A stretch of 64,000 bases of DNA from Octopus sinensis (GCF_006345805.1 NC_043002.1:79174001-79238000); one strand, 5' to 3'; numbered from the stretch's first letter, positions 51,055 through 63,841 are shown. Numbers and translations: made by a program. The notes: generated by a model not told the origin, from the letters alone.

Positions 51055-51319
51055 TATACGAGCGGAGGTCAAAAATTATCCGTACTTTCACCATAACATA
51101 TCGGATCACTGCTCTTTGCTCTTCTTTGGTGTACGTTGCTAGCGGAGCGGCCATATTTACACTATAAAGCCAGAAAGAAAAATGGCGCGATCAGGCTCAA
51201 ACTTCGATCATGTGACCACAATAGTATCAACTGTAAGCACGCATGCGTAGAAGGCAGTGTGACAATATAAAGATATGTTATAGCGAAAGTGCGGATAATT
51301 TCTGACTTCCCCTCGTATA
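51055..51319. mobile_element. Mariner-type MITE, about 265 bp with about 48-bp TIRs and TA ends
   Basis: tatacgagcggaggtcaaaaattatccgtactttc vs the reverse complement of gaaagtgcggataatttctgacttcccctcgtata. Confidence 0.85.
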
Positions 51320-51391
51320 TTGGCATAGACGTACATGTACATATAAAGATACGTATACACACATGCTTTCATACACATGCATATGCAATCA

Positions 51392-51452
<61 letters not shown>

Positions 51453-51464
51453 TATATATTCTTT

Positions 51465-51660
51465 TATATTCTTTTCTATCACTTGTTTTAGTCATTGAAC
51501 TGCCCTGGAGCACCGCCTTGAAGGGTTTAGTCGAACAAATCGCTCCCAGAACGTTTTTTATAGTATGGTACTTATTCTGTTATTATTTATTGCCGAACCG
51601 CTAAGTTAGGGGACGTAAACAAACCAGCGCCGGTTGGCAAGCGGTGGTGGGGCTCAAACA
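51465..51660 (-). mobile_element. SINE family A tail
   Basis: Match to the family. Confidence 0.8.
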
Positions 51661-51794
51661 AACACACACACAGTGGCTCAGCAACAAAATTTGCTAAGGG
51701 GGTGCAAACCCAGGTCCTAATTTTTTAATGAAAAATGTGGATTTTTCCAATGTTAACATTAAAACAAATGCAGGTATAATAATAATTTGTTTTA

Positions 51795-52300
51795 TTATGA
51801 GGGTCGGCTGAAATGTTCATAATCTGAGCAAGACACTCTCAATGGAATGTGACCAAATGAAGTTCATTTTCTAACATAGTTCCTCTTACTGTCCACACAC
51901 TTCCATTAGTAGTTGCAGTGCTTGGGTCGCACTGATGAAGAAGCTTTTCTTTTGATCAAAATGGTCATCAACAACAGATAAAATGTCCTCATCATAGTGA
52001 TACTGGTGTTCAGCTGAGTGTTTTTCTATGTTGGGAAACAGATGATAACCAGAAGGAACCAAATCACTAACTTAGGGAGGATGATCAACCAGTTCAAAGC
52101 CAGTCACATACAGCAGCCATTGAAACCAAGAACTTGTGTGCTGAAGCATTTTCCTAATGAAACAAGACCCTGTTCATCAGTTTTTCTGGGTGTTTGGTCT
52201 TCATAGCCTTTCATAACTGTCTTAGGAAGTTGGTATTGAAATTTTCTATTGATGGTGTGATCATTTTGAAGATAGCCAATAAACAATATTTTTTGCATTA
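51795..52300 (-). mobile_element. Degenerate mariner 3' half
   Basis: Minus strand reads SDLVPSGYHLFPNIEKH (cf. PDLAPSDYHLFP..KK.L); TIR-like tatgagggtcggctgaaatgttcata. Confidence 0.65.
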
Positions 52301-52589
52301 ATGCATAGTATATATAATAATGTGAAGTATATTTTGCATATTAAAATGTTTAATTTTGAAAATGTATCAAGCAGAGCTAAAATAAGCACTAAATATACAA
52401 ATTGCAAGTATTTCAAAATGTGTGACACTACATGACAAAAACTAACAAAAAAGGAAGAAAATAGTGGTGCTTGTGTTCCAAAGGTACAATGAGAAGGCTC
52501 AGGAGAAGGATGAGAGAGATGGAGTAGAGGGAAGGAAGTTAGAAGGAAAGAAAAGAATGAAAAGTGAAAAGATAAACTGGAGATCTGAA

Positions 52590-52800
52590 GTGAGTACTAG
52601 GCAGGAAATTGGCCCCTGTACCGGTGGAACGTAAAAACAGCACCCACTACACTCTCAGAGTGGTTGGCGTTAGGAAGAGCATCCAGCTGTAGAAACACTG
52701 CCAGATCAGACTGGAGCCTGGTGCAGCCTCCTGGCTTCCCAGGCCCCAGTCGAACCATTCAACCTATTCTAGCATGGAAAATGGACATTAAACGATGATG
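52590..52800 (+). mobile_element. RTE-type 3' UTR or RTE-derived SINE
   Basis: gttggcgttaggaagagcatccagctgtagaaac...gcatggaaaatggacattaaacgatgatg, an RTE-like tail ending in (GAT)n (recalled). Confidence 0.6.
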
Positions 52801-53169
52801 TCTCACTGGTCAAGTAGAAAAACGATGAGTGATAAAAAATTGGATTGTCTTTTGGTACCAAAAAAGTGAAGAAAGAGAGTAGAGAAGGTTAGGGAAGAGC
52901 AAGTAGGAAGAAAGAGAAGGTGCGGAGAAATAAGGGAATAAAGATAGACAGTAGGTAGTTGACAGAGATGGACAGAGAAATAGATAGAAAAGAGAGACAG
53001 TCTTGCACCAAATATTGAACATTGCATAGGGTACCACTGAGTGGGAACAAAAGTGAGTGTGTGACATTACATTGACTAACAACCATAAAATGTTGCACAG
53101 AAAGTCAACATAGATACATATATAATGATAAAGGAAATTGTTGTATACAGTGCTCAGGTGCACTACAAC

Positions 53170-53995
53170 TAAAAAGAAAAAAATGGCCATCAGGTGTGCT
53201 GTCGGGATACATGGAAGTTATGAAGGATGTAGTGTCTTGACAGCTAATAACTGATGCAGGTGGTTTATTCCATGCTTCTGCAATTCTCAGCATGAAAAAT
53301 TGTTTCCGAAAGTCATGGGTGCTGTGTTGTTTTTTGATTTTATAAGCATGTCCGTGAGTGTTTGTCATATGGAATTCAAAAAGGTTCCCTAGGTTGTTGT
53401 TGGAAATATGGTGGATAATCTTGTGGGTGTTAATCAAGTCAGTTGCCAGACGTCTGGGCTTCAATGTATCCATGCCCAGGAATGCAAGACGTTCAGAGTA
53501 TGGTAGATGTCTGACGGCGGGTATTCGCTTTGTTGCACATTTCTGAACAGTTTCCAGGAGATTTATATGCTGAGAAAGAGAGGGGTTCCAGACTGGTGAT
53601 GCAAATTCCAAGTGTGGACATACCATTGTTGTATACAATTTTAAATAGATAGCTGGAGAGTGGCTGACAAAGGTCTTACTGAGTGATGCTAGCACCACCT
53701 CAGCCTTTTTGACAATCTTAGATATGTGGTTTGTCCAATGCAGATTGTTGTTTACAATAATACCCAGATCATGTCCACTAGAAGATTTCTTGAGATTGGT
53801 GTTGCTGAGAGAGTATGTAGAAGCTGGATTTTTCCTCCCAAAATGCATGGTGATACACTTGTCTACAGCTAGCTTGAGTTGCCAGTCAGAGGTACACGGC
53901 TGCATTGTATCCAGATTTGATTGCAGGATAGGATCTGAACTTTTTATTTCAAGGTACAGCTTGGTATCATCTGCATATTTCAACACTGAACATTC
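53170..53995 (-). mobile_element. 5'-truncated CR1/L2-like LINE, RT C-terminal half
   Basis: Stop-free ORF 53105-54013 with KYADDTKLY, DLGIIV, LEFASPVWNP, LETVQKCATKRIP and YSERL motifs. Confidence 0.9.
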
Positions 53996-55378
53996 CAGGA
54001 AGATTTTGACCAATTTCCCAGGCAGTTAGGAAATATTTGGAACTTCCATGAAATCCTTGAAACTTTTCAGGAAGATTTCGACCCATTTTCCAGGAAATTA
54101 GGAAATCCTAAGAAATTCTCATGAAATCCTCGGAATTTTCAGGTATTTCGACCAAATTTCACGGTGGTTGGACAATACCCGGAATTTCCAAGGAAATTTT
54201 CGACCAATTTTCCAGGAGGTTAGAAAACCCTCGGAGCAGCCCAGGAAGTATCCGGCCAACTTTCCCGGAAAGTAGAACAATTTCCGACCACATTTACAGG
54301 AAGTTGGGGATTCCCCAGAACTTTCCAAGGTATTCCCGACCAATTTTTCAGGAAGTTGGGGGAATCCCCGGAACTTTCCATGAAATCATCGGGACATCCC
54401 AGGGAATTTCCCACTAATTCCCCAGAAATTTGAGGAACCCCCGGAACTTTCCATGAAAACCGCGGAACTTTCCATGAAAACCGCGGAACTTTCCACGAAA
54501 ACCGCGGAACTTTCCATGAAATTTCCGACCAGTTTCCCCAGGAAGTTGGGAGAAACCCCGGAACTTTCCATGAAATCCACGGAAATTTCCAAGAAATTTC
54601 AGACCAATTTTACAGGAAGTTGGGGGAATCCCCGGAGCTTTCAATGATCCCGCAACTTTCCATGAAATTTCCGACCAATTATCCAAGAAATTGGGGATTC
54701 CTCGGCACTATCCAAGAAATTTGGGGGAACACCCGGAACTTTACTTGGAATACCCGGAACTTTCCATGAAATTTCCAACAAAATTTTCCAGGAAGTTTTG
54801 GGCGAATCCCCGGAACTTACAATGAAATCATCGGAACTTTCCATGAAATTTCCGACCAACATTCAGTAAAATGGGGGATTCCCCGGAACTTTCCAGGAAA
54901 TTTCCGACAAACTTTCCAGGGAGTTGGGGAATCCCCGGAACTTTCCATGAGATCCTCGTAATGACGTTTCCGAACAATTTTCCAGGAGGTTGGGGAGTCC
55001 CTGGAACTTTCCAGGAAATTCCCGACCAATTTTCCAGGAAGTTGGGGAATCCCCGGAACTTTCCATGATATCCTCGGAACTTTGCAGGAAATTCTCGAGA
55101 CATTTTCCAGGAATTTGAGGAACCCCCGGAAATTTCTATGAAATCCTCGGAACTTTCCATAAAATTTCCGACCAATTTTCCAGGGAGTTGGAATGAAATA
55201 ATCGGAACTTCCCAGGAAATGTCCGACCAACATTCCAGGAATTTGGGGAATCCCCGGAACATTTCATGAAATCATCGGAACTTCCTAGGAAATTTCCGAT
55301 CAATTTTCCATGCAGTTGGGGAAACCCCGGAACTTTCCATGAAATCCTCGGAACTTTCCATGAAATTTCCATGAAATT
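53990..55378. repeat. Complex tandem satellite (about 50-55-bp unit with about 21-bp subrepeats) made of short palindromes
   Basis: Recurring ggaactttccatgaaatttccgaccaattttccaggaagttgggggaatcccc. Confidence 0.95.
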
Positions 55379-55489
55379 AACGCTTATGTATCTTTTTATT
55401 GAGATAAAATGATTTGTCAAGGTTTGAGAAATGACAGAACCCTCAGTTTGTTGTGGCCTTTATAAAAGATTGCAGAAGGTTGAGTCAGG

Positions 55490-55965
55490 ATGGACAAATG
55501 CGAGGAATGACATGCAATTTGTAATGTCTGTATAATAGGTACACACTCGGAAAAAGCGTATGGACAAAAATTTGAGACAGATAGTGGTAGACAGAAGGCT
55601 TAGATGTTTAATGTGTAGAGCAAGGAAACTCTTGTGATTTAGCAGATCTCATTGCGAGGAAAAGCAAAACTGTGGTTACACGACCTCAAAATGTTCGCGC
55701 TGGTGTATATGTTTTTATGGAGATAACATGATTTATCTGAGTAACAGCAGTTACCAATAAAAGTGAATAATCGGTTTATGTGATCTTCATAAAAGATTTC
55801 AGAAAACTGGTTGCTGTTAGTATGAACAAATACAAGGAGAAACACGGAATTTGTCTGTAATGCTTGTATGATACGTTGATGCTCGGAAATAGTAGACGGC
55901 CGAACATTTTTGAGACAGTTACTAGAAGGCAGAAGGCCTAGATGTTTCAAACGTAGAACAAGAAA
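55490..55965. repeat. Diverged direct repeat, period about 340 bp
   Basis: tttgagacag.ta...g..g.cagaaggc.tagatgttt...gtaga.caag.aa near 55570 and 55910. Confidence 0.6.
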
Positions 55966-56265
55966 TAATTTAAATGTCCTCCATCGAATAAAAAAAATAA
56001 ATAAGAAGAAAACTCGCAACAACAAGAAAAAACACAACATTGAAAATACAAGGGTCTGAAAATGAGCACCGATTAAAACAACAGCAGTCCATGAAAAAGC
56101 GCGGATTTTGTTATTGTCGCATTGGTTAATCCTGAAAATAACGGCAATGAATATAATACAAATAACAATAAGAACGATAGTGATGATGGTAAAGATTATT
56201 ATTATTATTATATTATTATTATTATTATTATTATTATATTATTATTATTATTATTATTATTATTA

Positions 56266-59200
56266 CTTTTTTTCTTCTTTCAAATTTGCTTCCATTTCTT
56301 GCCGAGTGTCTTCCCGACTCCTAGGGCAAAGAAACTCATAGTATACATTGGTAGGCCATTAAACCAAACTCAATAGTTCGTTCATTTTCATTTTTTTTTT
56401 TTTAAAGTTATATTAAAATACATGAGCAGCAACAGTTCTCACATCGACAATGCTCTTCTCAATACGTGTGATGTACCAGTTAAGACAATCTTTTGCACTT
56501 CTTGCAGGGATGGTAAGCCAGGGATCATTCTCATATAATTTTCGGTTCCCTTCTTGATCATTCCTAGTGCTCCTACGATCACTGGTATTGTAACCGCCTT
56601 GAGATGCCACATTTTCTCAATTTCAATGGGTAGGTCTTTATATTTTCTGAGTTTATCAAACTCTTTCGCTGAGATATTATGAACACAGGGGATGCTCATG
56701 TCGATCAATAAGCAAACTTTATTGTTTTGGTCTTTCACAACAATATCTGGTTTATTGGCCTTGATGGTTCGGTCTGTATGTACTGGAAAGTCCCACAGAA
56801 TGGTTACATTTTCTCCTTCAGTTACAGCCTCAGGGTGGTGATTATACCACTTGTCGGCAGTTTTGATATTGTAATGCCGACTTATTAGCCAGTGTAGATA
56901 TTGGCCAACTCTGTCATGTCTTAATTTATACTGCACTGGTGCTAAGACTTTACATCCAGAGATTAGGTGGTCCACTGTTTCAATCATGTCGTTGCAGAAT
57001 CGGCATTTTGGGTCTGCTCCATTTTTCATCACATTGGCCTGGTAGTTCCGGGTTAATAGGCTTTGATCTTGAGCAGCCAGGATGAAACCTTCGCTCTCTG
57101 CTTTTAGCCCTGAGCTCCGTAGCCACTGATGGGTTTGCTTCTGGTCAACATCAGCTTATTTGCTGCGGGCCACATATTTGCCGTGCAGAGGTTTCTCCTC
57201 CCACCTATCGGCCAATTGCTCGTGCGCTTTTTTCGTTGCCATTATTTTCACCTTCTTTGCAACAATAGTTGCCGTACTTCCCTCGGGTTGTTCAGTTTGG
57301 GTATCCTGCACGAGATCAATAGCAAATTTTTTGCTTTCCTTTATGACAGAATGAAGCTTCTTTCGTCTCTCGTGATTTTCCACGAGCATCCAGTCATTCA
57401 TTATTTCGAGATATTTGGGCAGTCCAATTGTGGTTGTTTTGTAAGCTAGTTCAAATTGGATCAGGCCTCGACCTCCTTGGGCTCTGGGAATGTAAAGGCG
57501 ATCTACGTCTGCCTTTGGGTGGTGCATCCTATTACAACTCAGCAGCTTGCGTATTTTCCTATCTATATTCTTTACTTCACTCATATTCCAGTTCAACACA
57601 TTGTAGCTATAAGTAACAACTGGAACTGCTAAGGAATTTATAGCTAACACCTTGTTACGTGCATTTAGTTCAGATTTCAGGACTACACGAACTCTCCTAT
57701 AACATTCCTTCCTGATCTTCTCTTTCATGCTTGCATGCTGAATACCAGAGCCTTCATTTATCCCTAAATATTTGTATGTTTGTTCTTGCTCAAGCTCTCT
57801 TATGACTGTCAACATCTAACACGACTGAATTTGTGATCTTCACTTTCCCTTTCTGGAAAGTGGCCTTGGCACACTTCTCAAGTCCAAACTCCATCCCGAT
57901 GTCATCGCTGAATGCTTTCACAGTGCGCAATAGGCCTTCAAGTTCATTATTGTCTTTACCATAAAGTTTTAAGTCATCCATATAAAATAGATGGCTTATT
58001 TTTTTATTAGCAATTTTATACCCATACCCTGTTCTGTTTAATTCACTTGTAAGGGGTATTAGGGCTATGCAGAATATTAAAGGTGAAAGTGAGTCACCTT
58101 GAAAAATTCCACAGTTGATGTTTATATTTTCTGAGGCAAGTACTCCATTAGAGTGGTATAATTGGAGATTCGTATTCCACAATGACATATTGTGCTTCAG
58201 GAAGTTTGAAATCACAGGGGAAATTTTGAAGATGTCCAGCGATCTCAAGATCCATGGATGCGGTATACTGTCGAAGGCCTTTTTATAGTCAATCCATGCG
58301 GAGCTGAGATTTCTGCGCTTGTTGTGACAGTTCTCAAGGATCATACGATTAATTAGCAGTTGATCTTTGCATCCGTAAGAGCCTCGGCGGCACCCTTTTT
58401 GTTCAATGGGGAAAATATCGTTCTTCTCCATGAATGCATATGTTTTCTCCGCCAGGATAGATGTTAGGATTTTATACGTGGTGGATAGACAGGTTATAGG
58501 CCGATAGTTTTTTGGAAGGCTGGTTTCGTTATTTTTTGGGAGTAGGTAAGTAATACCACTTGCTAACCATTCAGGTGTTTTCTTTGGGTCTCTCATAATT
58601 CCATTGAGCAGCTGAACTAGCTTACCGTGTGCGCATGGGAGCGATGCGAGCCAGAATTTCCAATTATGGGCCTTCGTGAGTGCCTTTCTTAGGTCTGCTA
58701 TTGTGATGTCTTCCCATGCTTGTTGTTGTAAATTTTGGTAGGATCCTTCAGTTTGTATAATCCAGTCTGCATTTATGTTGTACGTCTTCTTGTCACTCCA
58801 AATCCTTTTCCAAAAGTTTTGAACTTCTTCCATGGAAGGGGGGTCTTTAACGGTTACTTTCTCCTTCCCTATTTCTCTGTAGAATTTTTTGGCATTGGAT
58901 GTGAACAGCTTATTTTGCTTGTAAAACTTGTTTCTCTTCTCAAATCTTCGTATTCTTTGGGCTTTTACTTGGACTTTTTGTTTCAGCGTTTCTTTTATTG
59001 ATATCAGTTCTTCTCTTGGTGAGGATCCAAATTTTCTCTTCATCTTTCTTCCTGTTCTGGATCTTACATCATTTCCACATATTAGTTCATTTAATATTGA
59101 TATTTCCCCTCTCATAAATTCAATCTCTTTTTCAATTTTACTTTTCCAGGTTTGATTTCTTCCCAGGTTTGGTTTTCTTTGTTTTTTCGGGGGTATACAG

Positions 59201-60136
59201 CTGGTTTCGATTGCCCTAGCAGAAGCGTAAATAATTTCATTTAACTCAGTAAAATCAGGTTTTAATTCTTGTATTATTTCATTTGTTACATAGTTGCCAA
59301 TTTGGATTTGTTTTTTATTTTGGTTTGTATTTGAGAGTTTATGAAGTGGTTCTCTATCATTCATACTTGTATGTCTTACAACTTCAAGCGTATTCAGGAT
59401 TTTCTGCCTCATTTCTGCCATAGACTCTCTGTGTTCTTCAGCAAATGCGAGATCTTCAGTTACTGTTGTTTTATCGTTTTCCAGGCTATCTTTAACAGGT
59501 ACAATAGAATTTCTTGTATCTTCAGGCCTTTGCGTACTTTGGTCAGATGGCAGTCTTTCAATTAAGCCTCGTGTCGGGCTATACTGTTCATCTGATTCTT
59601 CATTTCCTTTGTGTCTTATATTTATGTCATTTTCCGTTGCGTGCTTGATCGCGCTTATTTCACTGTCTGTGAGTCTGTTATTTCTAAGGATATCCCTCCT
59701 CACATTTGCTAATTTGTTCTCGTCCAAATAGGGCCTACTGTCATGATTCCGTGTTCTCCATATACTGTAAGAGTTTGCGGTGTGTCTCTCTTGAGATGGC
59801 CTACCTAATGCATAGTAATAAGCGTATATTACTTCTTTATACTCTTCTCGGGTCCATTTGTTCCGCTTACATTTTTCTTTCTGTGGTGGTTGTGGTGGTG
59901 AACTTGGAGGGCTCGAGTTGGAGGATTTCCCGTTCAAGTGACCATCCATGTCCGTATTCGGAGAAGAGTTTGTGCCAGTTGATGACTTTTCGATCCCAGG
60001 CTGGCTCTTCCCTGGGGGACGCGCTTCCAGATTAACCATAGGACAAACGATTTGGTATACTGATTTAGTTTTCCTTTTAGTTTCCAAAAACATTTTGGTG
60101 CTACGATAATGTTATCATTTTTGAGCTTTGATTGGC
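56266..60136 (-). mobile_element. Near full-length R4/Dong-clade non-LTR retrotransposon (single ORF: RT, CCHC zinc knuckle, restriction-like endonuclease), inactivated
   Basis: NYRPITCL, QKGCRRGSYGCKDQL, WIDYKKAFDS, GIFQGDSLSP, YMDDLKLY, YKYLG, CRFC..ETVDHLISGC, R(H)D and KPDIVV..D motifs. Frameshift near 57800, nonsense TAA near 57156. 3' end abuts (TAA)n. Confidence 0.95.
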
Positions 60137-60249
60137 TCATCACCATCATCATCATCATCACCACCATCACCATCATCACCACCATCACCACCACCACCAC
60201 CACCACCACCACCACCACCACCACCACCACCACCACCACCACCACCACC

Positions 60250-60283
<34 letters not shown>

Positions 60284-60330
60284 TCATCATCTTCTTCTTC
60301 TTTCTTCTTCTTCTTCTTCTTCTTCTTCTT
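60135..60330. repeat. Compound (CAT)n(CAC)n(CAT)n(CTT)n spacer between two R4-type elements
   Basis: Visible runs. Confidence 0.95.
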
Positions 60331-61384
60331 CTCTGTTTGACTTTTGCTTTATATTTGTACAAGTTGGCTCCAAGTCTCACCCAGAGACCTCAAGAGGCAA
60401 CAGGCTGGAAGTTCATGTTGTTGTTATGCCTAGTGTGCCATATATATTTTTTTTGGGGGGGGGGGGGAGTATTTGGTGTTGTACTAATGAATGTTTTAAA
60501 AAATCTTTTTTTTTTTAAACCGAAAATTATGTTTGTTTTAAACCTTGAGATTACATAGAAAGTATTTTGCGTAGGATATGAGCAGTTCCCATGAGTACTA
60601 TCTTTTGAATTTCTGCCATTTTTGGGTTTCCTGGTATCTGAGTTAGGTAGCTATCAGCCCCTTTTGCTATCATTCCCAGGGCACCTATGACAACAGGTAT
60701 TGTTTTAGTCTTCAGCTTCCACATTTTGCTGATTTCTATTTCAAGATCTTTATATTTGCTCAGTTTTTGGTAGGTCTTGACAGATACGTTTATATCGATT
60801 GGGACAGTCATATCAATGAGGAGGCATTTTCTTTGTCTGAAGTCTTTCAATATGATGTCTGGCCTATTTGCATCTATCTTTCTGTCAGTTTGAATGGTGA
60901 AGTTCCAGAGGAGTGAGATGTGGTCATTTTCAAGCACTGGGGGTGGTTTGTGTTCCCACCAGTTTTTTTCATGGGGCAAATCCAGGTTTTTGCAGATTAC
61001 CGAGTGAATATATTGTGCAGCTCTATCGTGTCTGTTGAGATACTCTGTAGGCGCTAGAAGACTGCACTTGGAGACCACATGGTCAATGGTTTCATTTTGT
61101 TGCTGGCATACACGACACGTTGGACTGCTTCTGATCTTTAATATGTTGGCCTGGTAGTTTCTTGTTGGTAGGCATTGATCTTGAGCTGCTATGATAAACC
61201 CCTCTATTTCAGATTTTAAGCCAGAGGCCATTAGCCATTGATGGGTCAGGGCTTTGTCAACATCTGCATTATTTGCTCTCTTTGGGTATTTGCCATAGAG
61301 AGGTTTTTCTTGCCATTTATCATTCAGAATATCTAAGGCCGCAGTTTTAGCACGTGTTTTCATGCGCTTAGCTTTTTCTGTGCT

Positions 61385-61385
<1 letters not shown>
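60331..61385 (-). mobile_element. 5'-truncated R4/Dong-type element of a second family (zinc knuckle, RLE, 3' UTR)
   Basis: Intact 270-aa ORF 60551-61363 with CRVCQQQNETIDHVVSKC, RHD and RPDIILKD..LLIDMTVP. Confidence 0.92.
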
Positions 61386-61441
<56 letters not shown>

Positions 61442-61490
61442 CCTTTCTACTATATATAATAATAATAATAACGACGACGGCGACGACGAC

Positions 61491-61541
<51 letters not shown>

Positions 61542-61807
61542 AAATACCAGGCAGTGGCTCTTATGGTTACTGATCTTAACTGATTGGAAGTGTTATCATG
61601 TACATTGATGGGCTACAGCAAATATTCTGCTTAATGCCACTGATTTGCTTGTCAGTTGTTTTGGCCATAACCAGTTGAGCATGTCCCTTAGTGGTTGACG
61701 ACATGTGCATCTCTAATCACCAACAAGAAACTACCAGGCCAACATATTAAAGAACGGCAGTAGCCCAACATGTCGTGTATGTCGACAACATTGCCGTTAT
61801 TTATTAA

Positions 61808-61975
61808 TTAGACATTCACTAGTACAACACCAAAAAACCCCCAAATATATGGCACACTAGGCATAACAATAACGTGAACTTCCAACCTGTTGTCTCTTGA
61901 GGTCTCTGGGTGAGACTTGGAGCCAACTTGTACAAACATAAAGCAAAAGTCAAACATAGAATAATAATAATGATA
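61808..61975 (+). mobile_element. 3'-UTR-only copy of the second R4 family, inverted
   Basis: Reverse complement of 60331-60500; ends in (AAT)n. Confidence 0.85.
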
Positions 61976-62570
61976 AGGCGGTGAGTTGGCAGAATCGTTT
62001 GTACGCTGGATGAAATGCTTAGCTGTATTTCGCCCGTCGCTACGTTCTGAGTTCAAATTCTGCCGAAGTCGAGTTTTATCTGTCATCCCTTCGGGGTCGA
62101 TAAAACACTGGGGTCTATGTAATCGACTCATCCTCTCCCCACAAATTGCTGCCCTTGTGGCAAAATTTGAAACAATTGTTATTATTATTATCATTTGAAG
62201 GCTCAGTGCTTAGAGCGTCGAGCTTACGATCGTGAGGTTGTGAGTTCGAATCCCGGACCGGGCTGCGTGTTGTGTTCTTGAACAAGACACTTTATTTCAC
62301 GTTGCTCCAGTTCACTCAACTGTATAAATGAGTCACGACGTCACTAGTGCCACGCTGTATCGGCCTTTGCCTTTCCCTTGGATAACATCGGTGGCGTGGA
62401 GAGAGAGGAGACTGGTATGCATGGGCGTCTGCTTCGGACAAGATGCTTAGCGTTATCACGTCTGGCATTAGATTTTGAGTTCGGCTTTGCCTATCTTTCC
62501 TTCGGGCTCAATAATTTAAGTACCAGCTGCGCACTGGGGTCAACCCGAATATCCAAGTTACCCTTTCCAA
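61975..62570 (+). mobile_element. SINE cluster (family C 61975-62170, family B2 62196-62432, family C 62440-62570)
   Basis: Matches to the copies listed above. Confidence 0.8.
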
Positions 62571-62579
62571 GTATTGAGC

Positions 62580-62648
62580 TTATAGTAAAAAGGATTATTA
62601 TTACTATTGTGAGGTTGGTGGTATTGATAGTAGTGCTCATGGTGGTAG

Positions 62649-62700
<52 letters not shown>

Positions 62701-63084
62701 GAGGAGGATAATGGCGTTGATGGCGATGATGATAAAAGTTATGAAAGCATGCATGATGCAAGGAAGGGAAAAGAAAAGAAGGTAAGCGATGACGCCTTTG
62801 GTGCTAATAATGCTTGTGCTACGGCTGCTGCTGCTGTTGCTGATAATGACGACAACGACGACGATGATGATGACGACGACGACGACGACGACGATGTTGA
62901 TGATGATAATGAGGACGACGGTGATGATAGAAGACCAAAACGCTAATGATATTAAAATGTAGGGCTAATTTATCGGCAAGAAATGCGATACGGTAACAAA
63001 ATAATGAGTGATTTGTAGAACAATTACCTGAGACAAGCAAACAAATATGTAATAACGACCATAATAATAATAATGATGATGATA

Positions 63085-63129
<45 letters not shown>

Positions 63130-63180
63130 GTTATGATAATCACGGTAATAATGATAATGATAATAGCAATAACAAACTGT
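62580..63180. repeat. GAT/GAC/AAT trinucleotide blocks
   Basis: Visible runs. Confidence 0.9.
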
Positions 63181-63676
63181 AACAAACATAAAGCCCCAAC
63201 CAAAACATACAACACTTTAATATGAACGATTAGAAAATTAGAAAATAGCAGATAATGGCGGCGTTTAAAGGATGTTCTTTGTTTATTGAAATTGTGATAG
63301 AGGAAAGAATGTGAAGAGGAAGGAAGGTAGGAAGGAAGGTAGGAAGGAAGAAAGGAAGGGGGGAGTAAAGAAGTGAGAGAAAAAGACAGAAACGAAGATG
63401 TGAATGTTAGTCATTTAATAGAGAGGGATGGAGAATGCAATAAAGAGAGAGAGAGAGAGAGAGAGAGGTGAGGGCGAGAGAGGGAGTAGGGAGGAGGGAG
63501 GGAGAGAGGGTGTGTGAGAGCGAGATGGAGAAAAGTAAAGAAAGAAGTGCTGGAAAAAAAAAAAATTTCCAAAGAATGTTTGAATGAGCGAACGAGAGAA
63601 AAATAATGTAGGTTGGTAGATGTGCGAAAGAAACAAAGTGTGAAATAGGTTGTGTGTGTGTGGTGTGTGTGTGTGC

Positions 63677-63732
<56 letters not shown>

Positions 63733-63765
63733 TATATATGTATATATATATATATTATATATATA

Positions 63766-63820
<55 letters not shown>

Positions 63821-63841
63821 ATTGTTGGCACTGTTAGTTAC

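Noticed and set aside
54119-55420. Multiple 64-144-aa ORFs and a superficial CRISPR-like periodicity
   Set aside because: These are products of a tandem satellite. There are no unique spacers or cas genes, and the context is eukaryotic.
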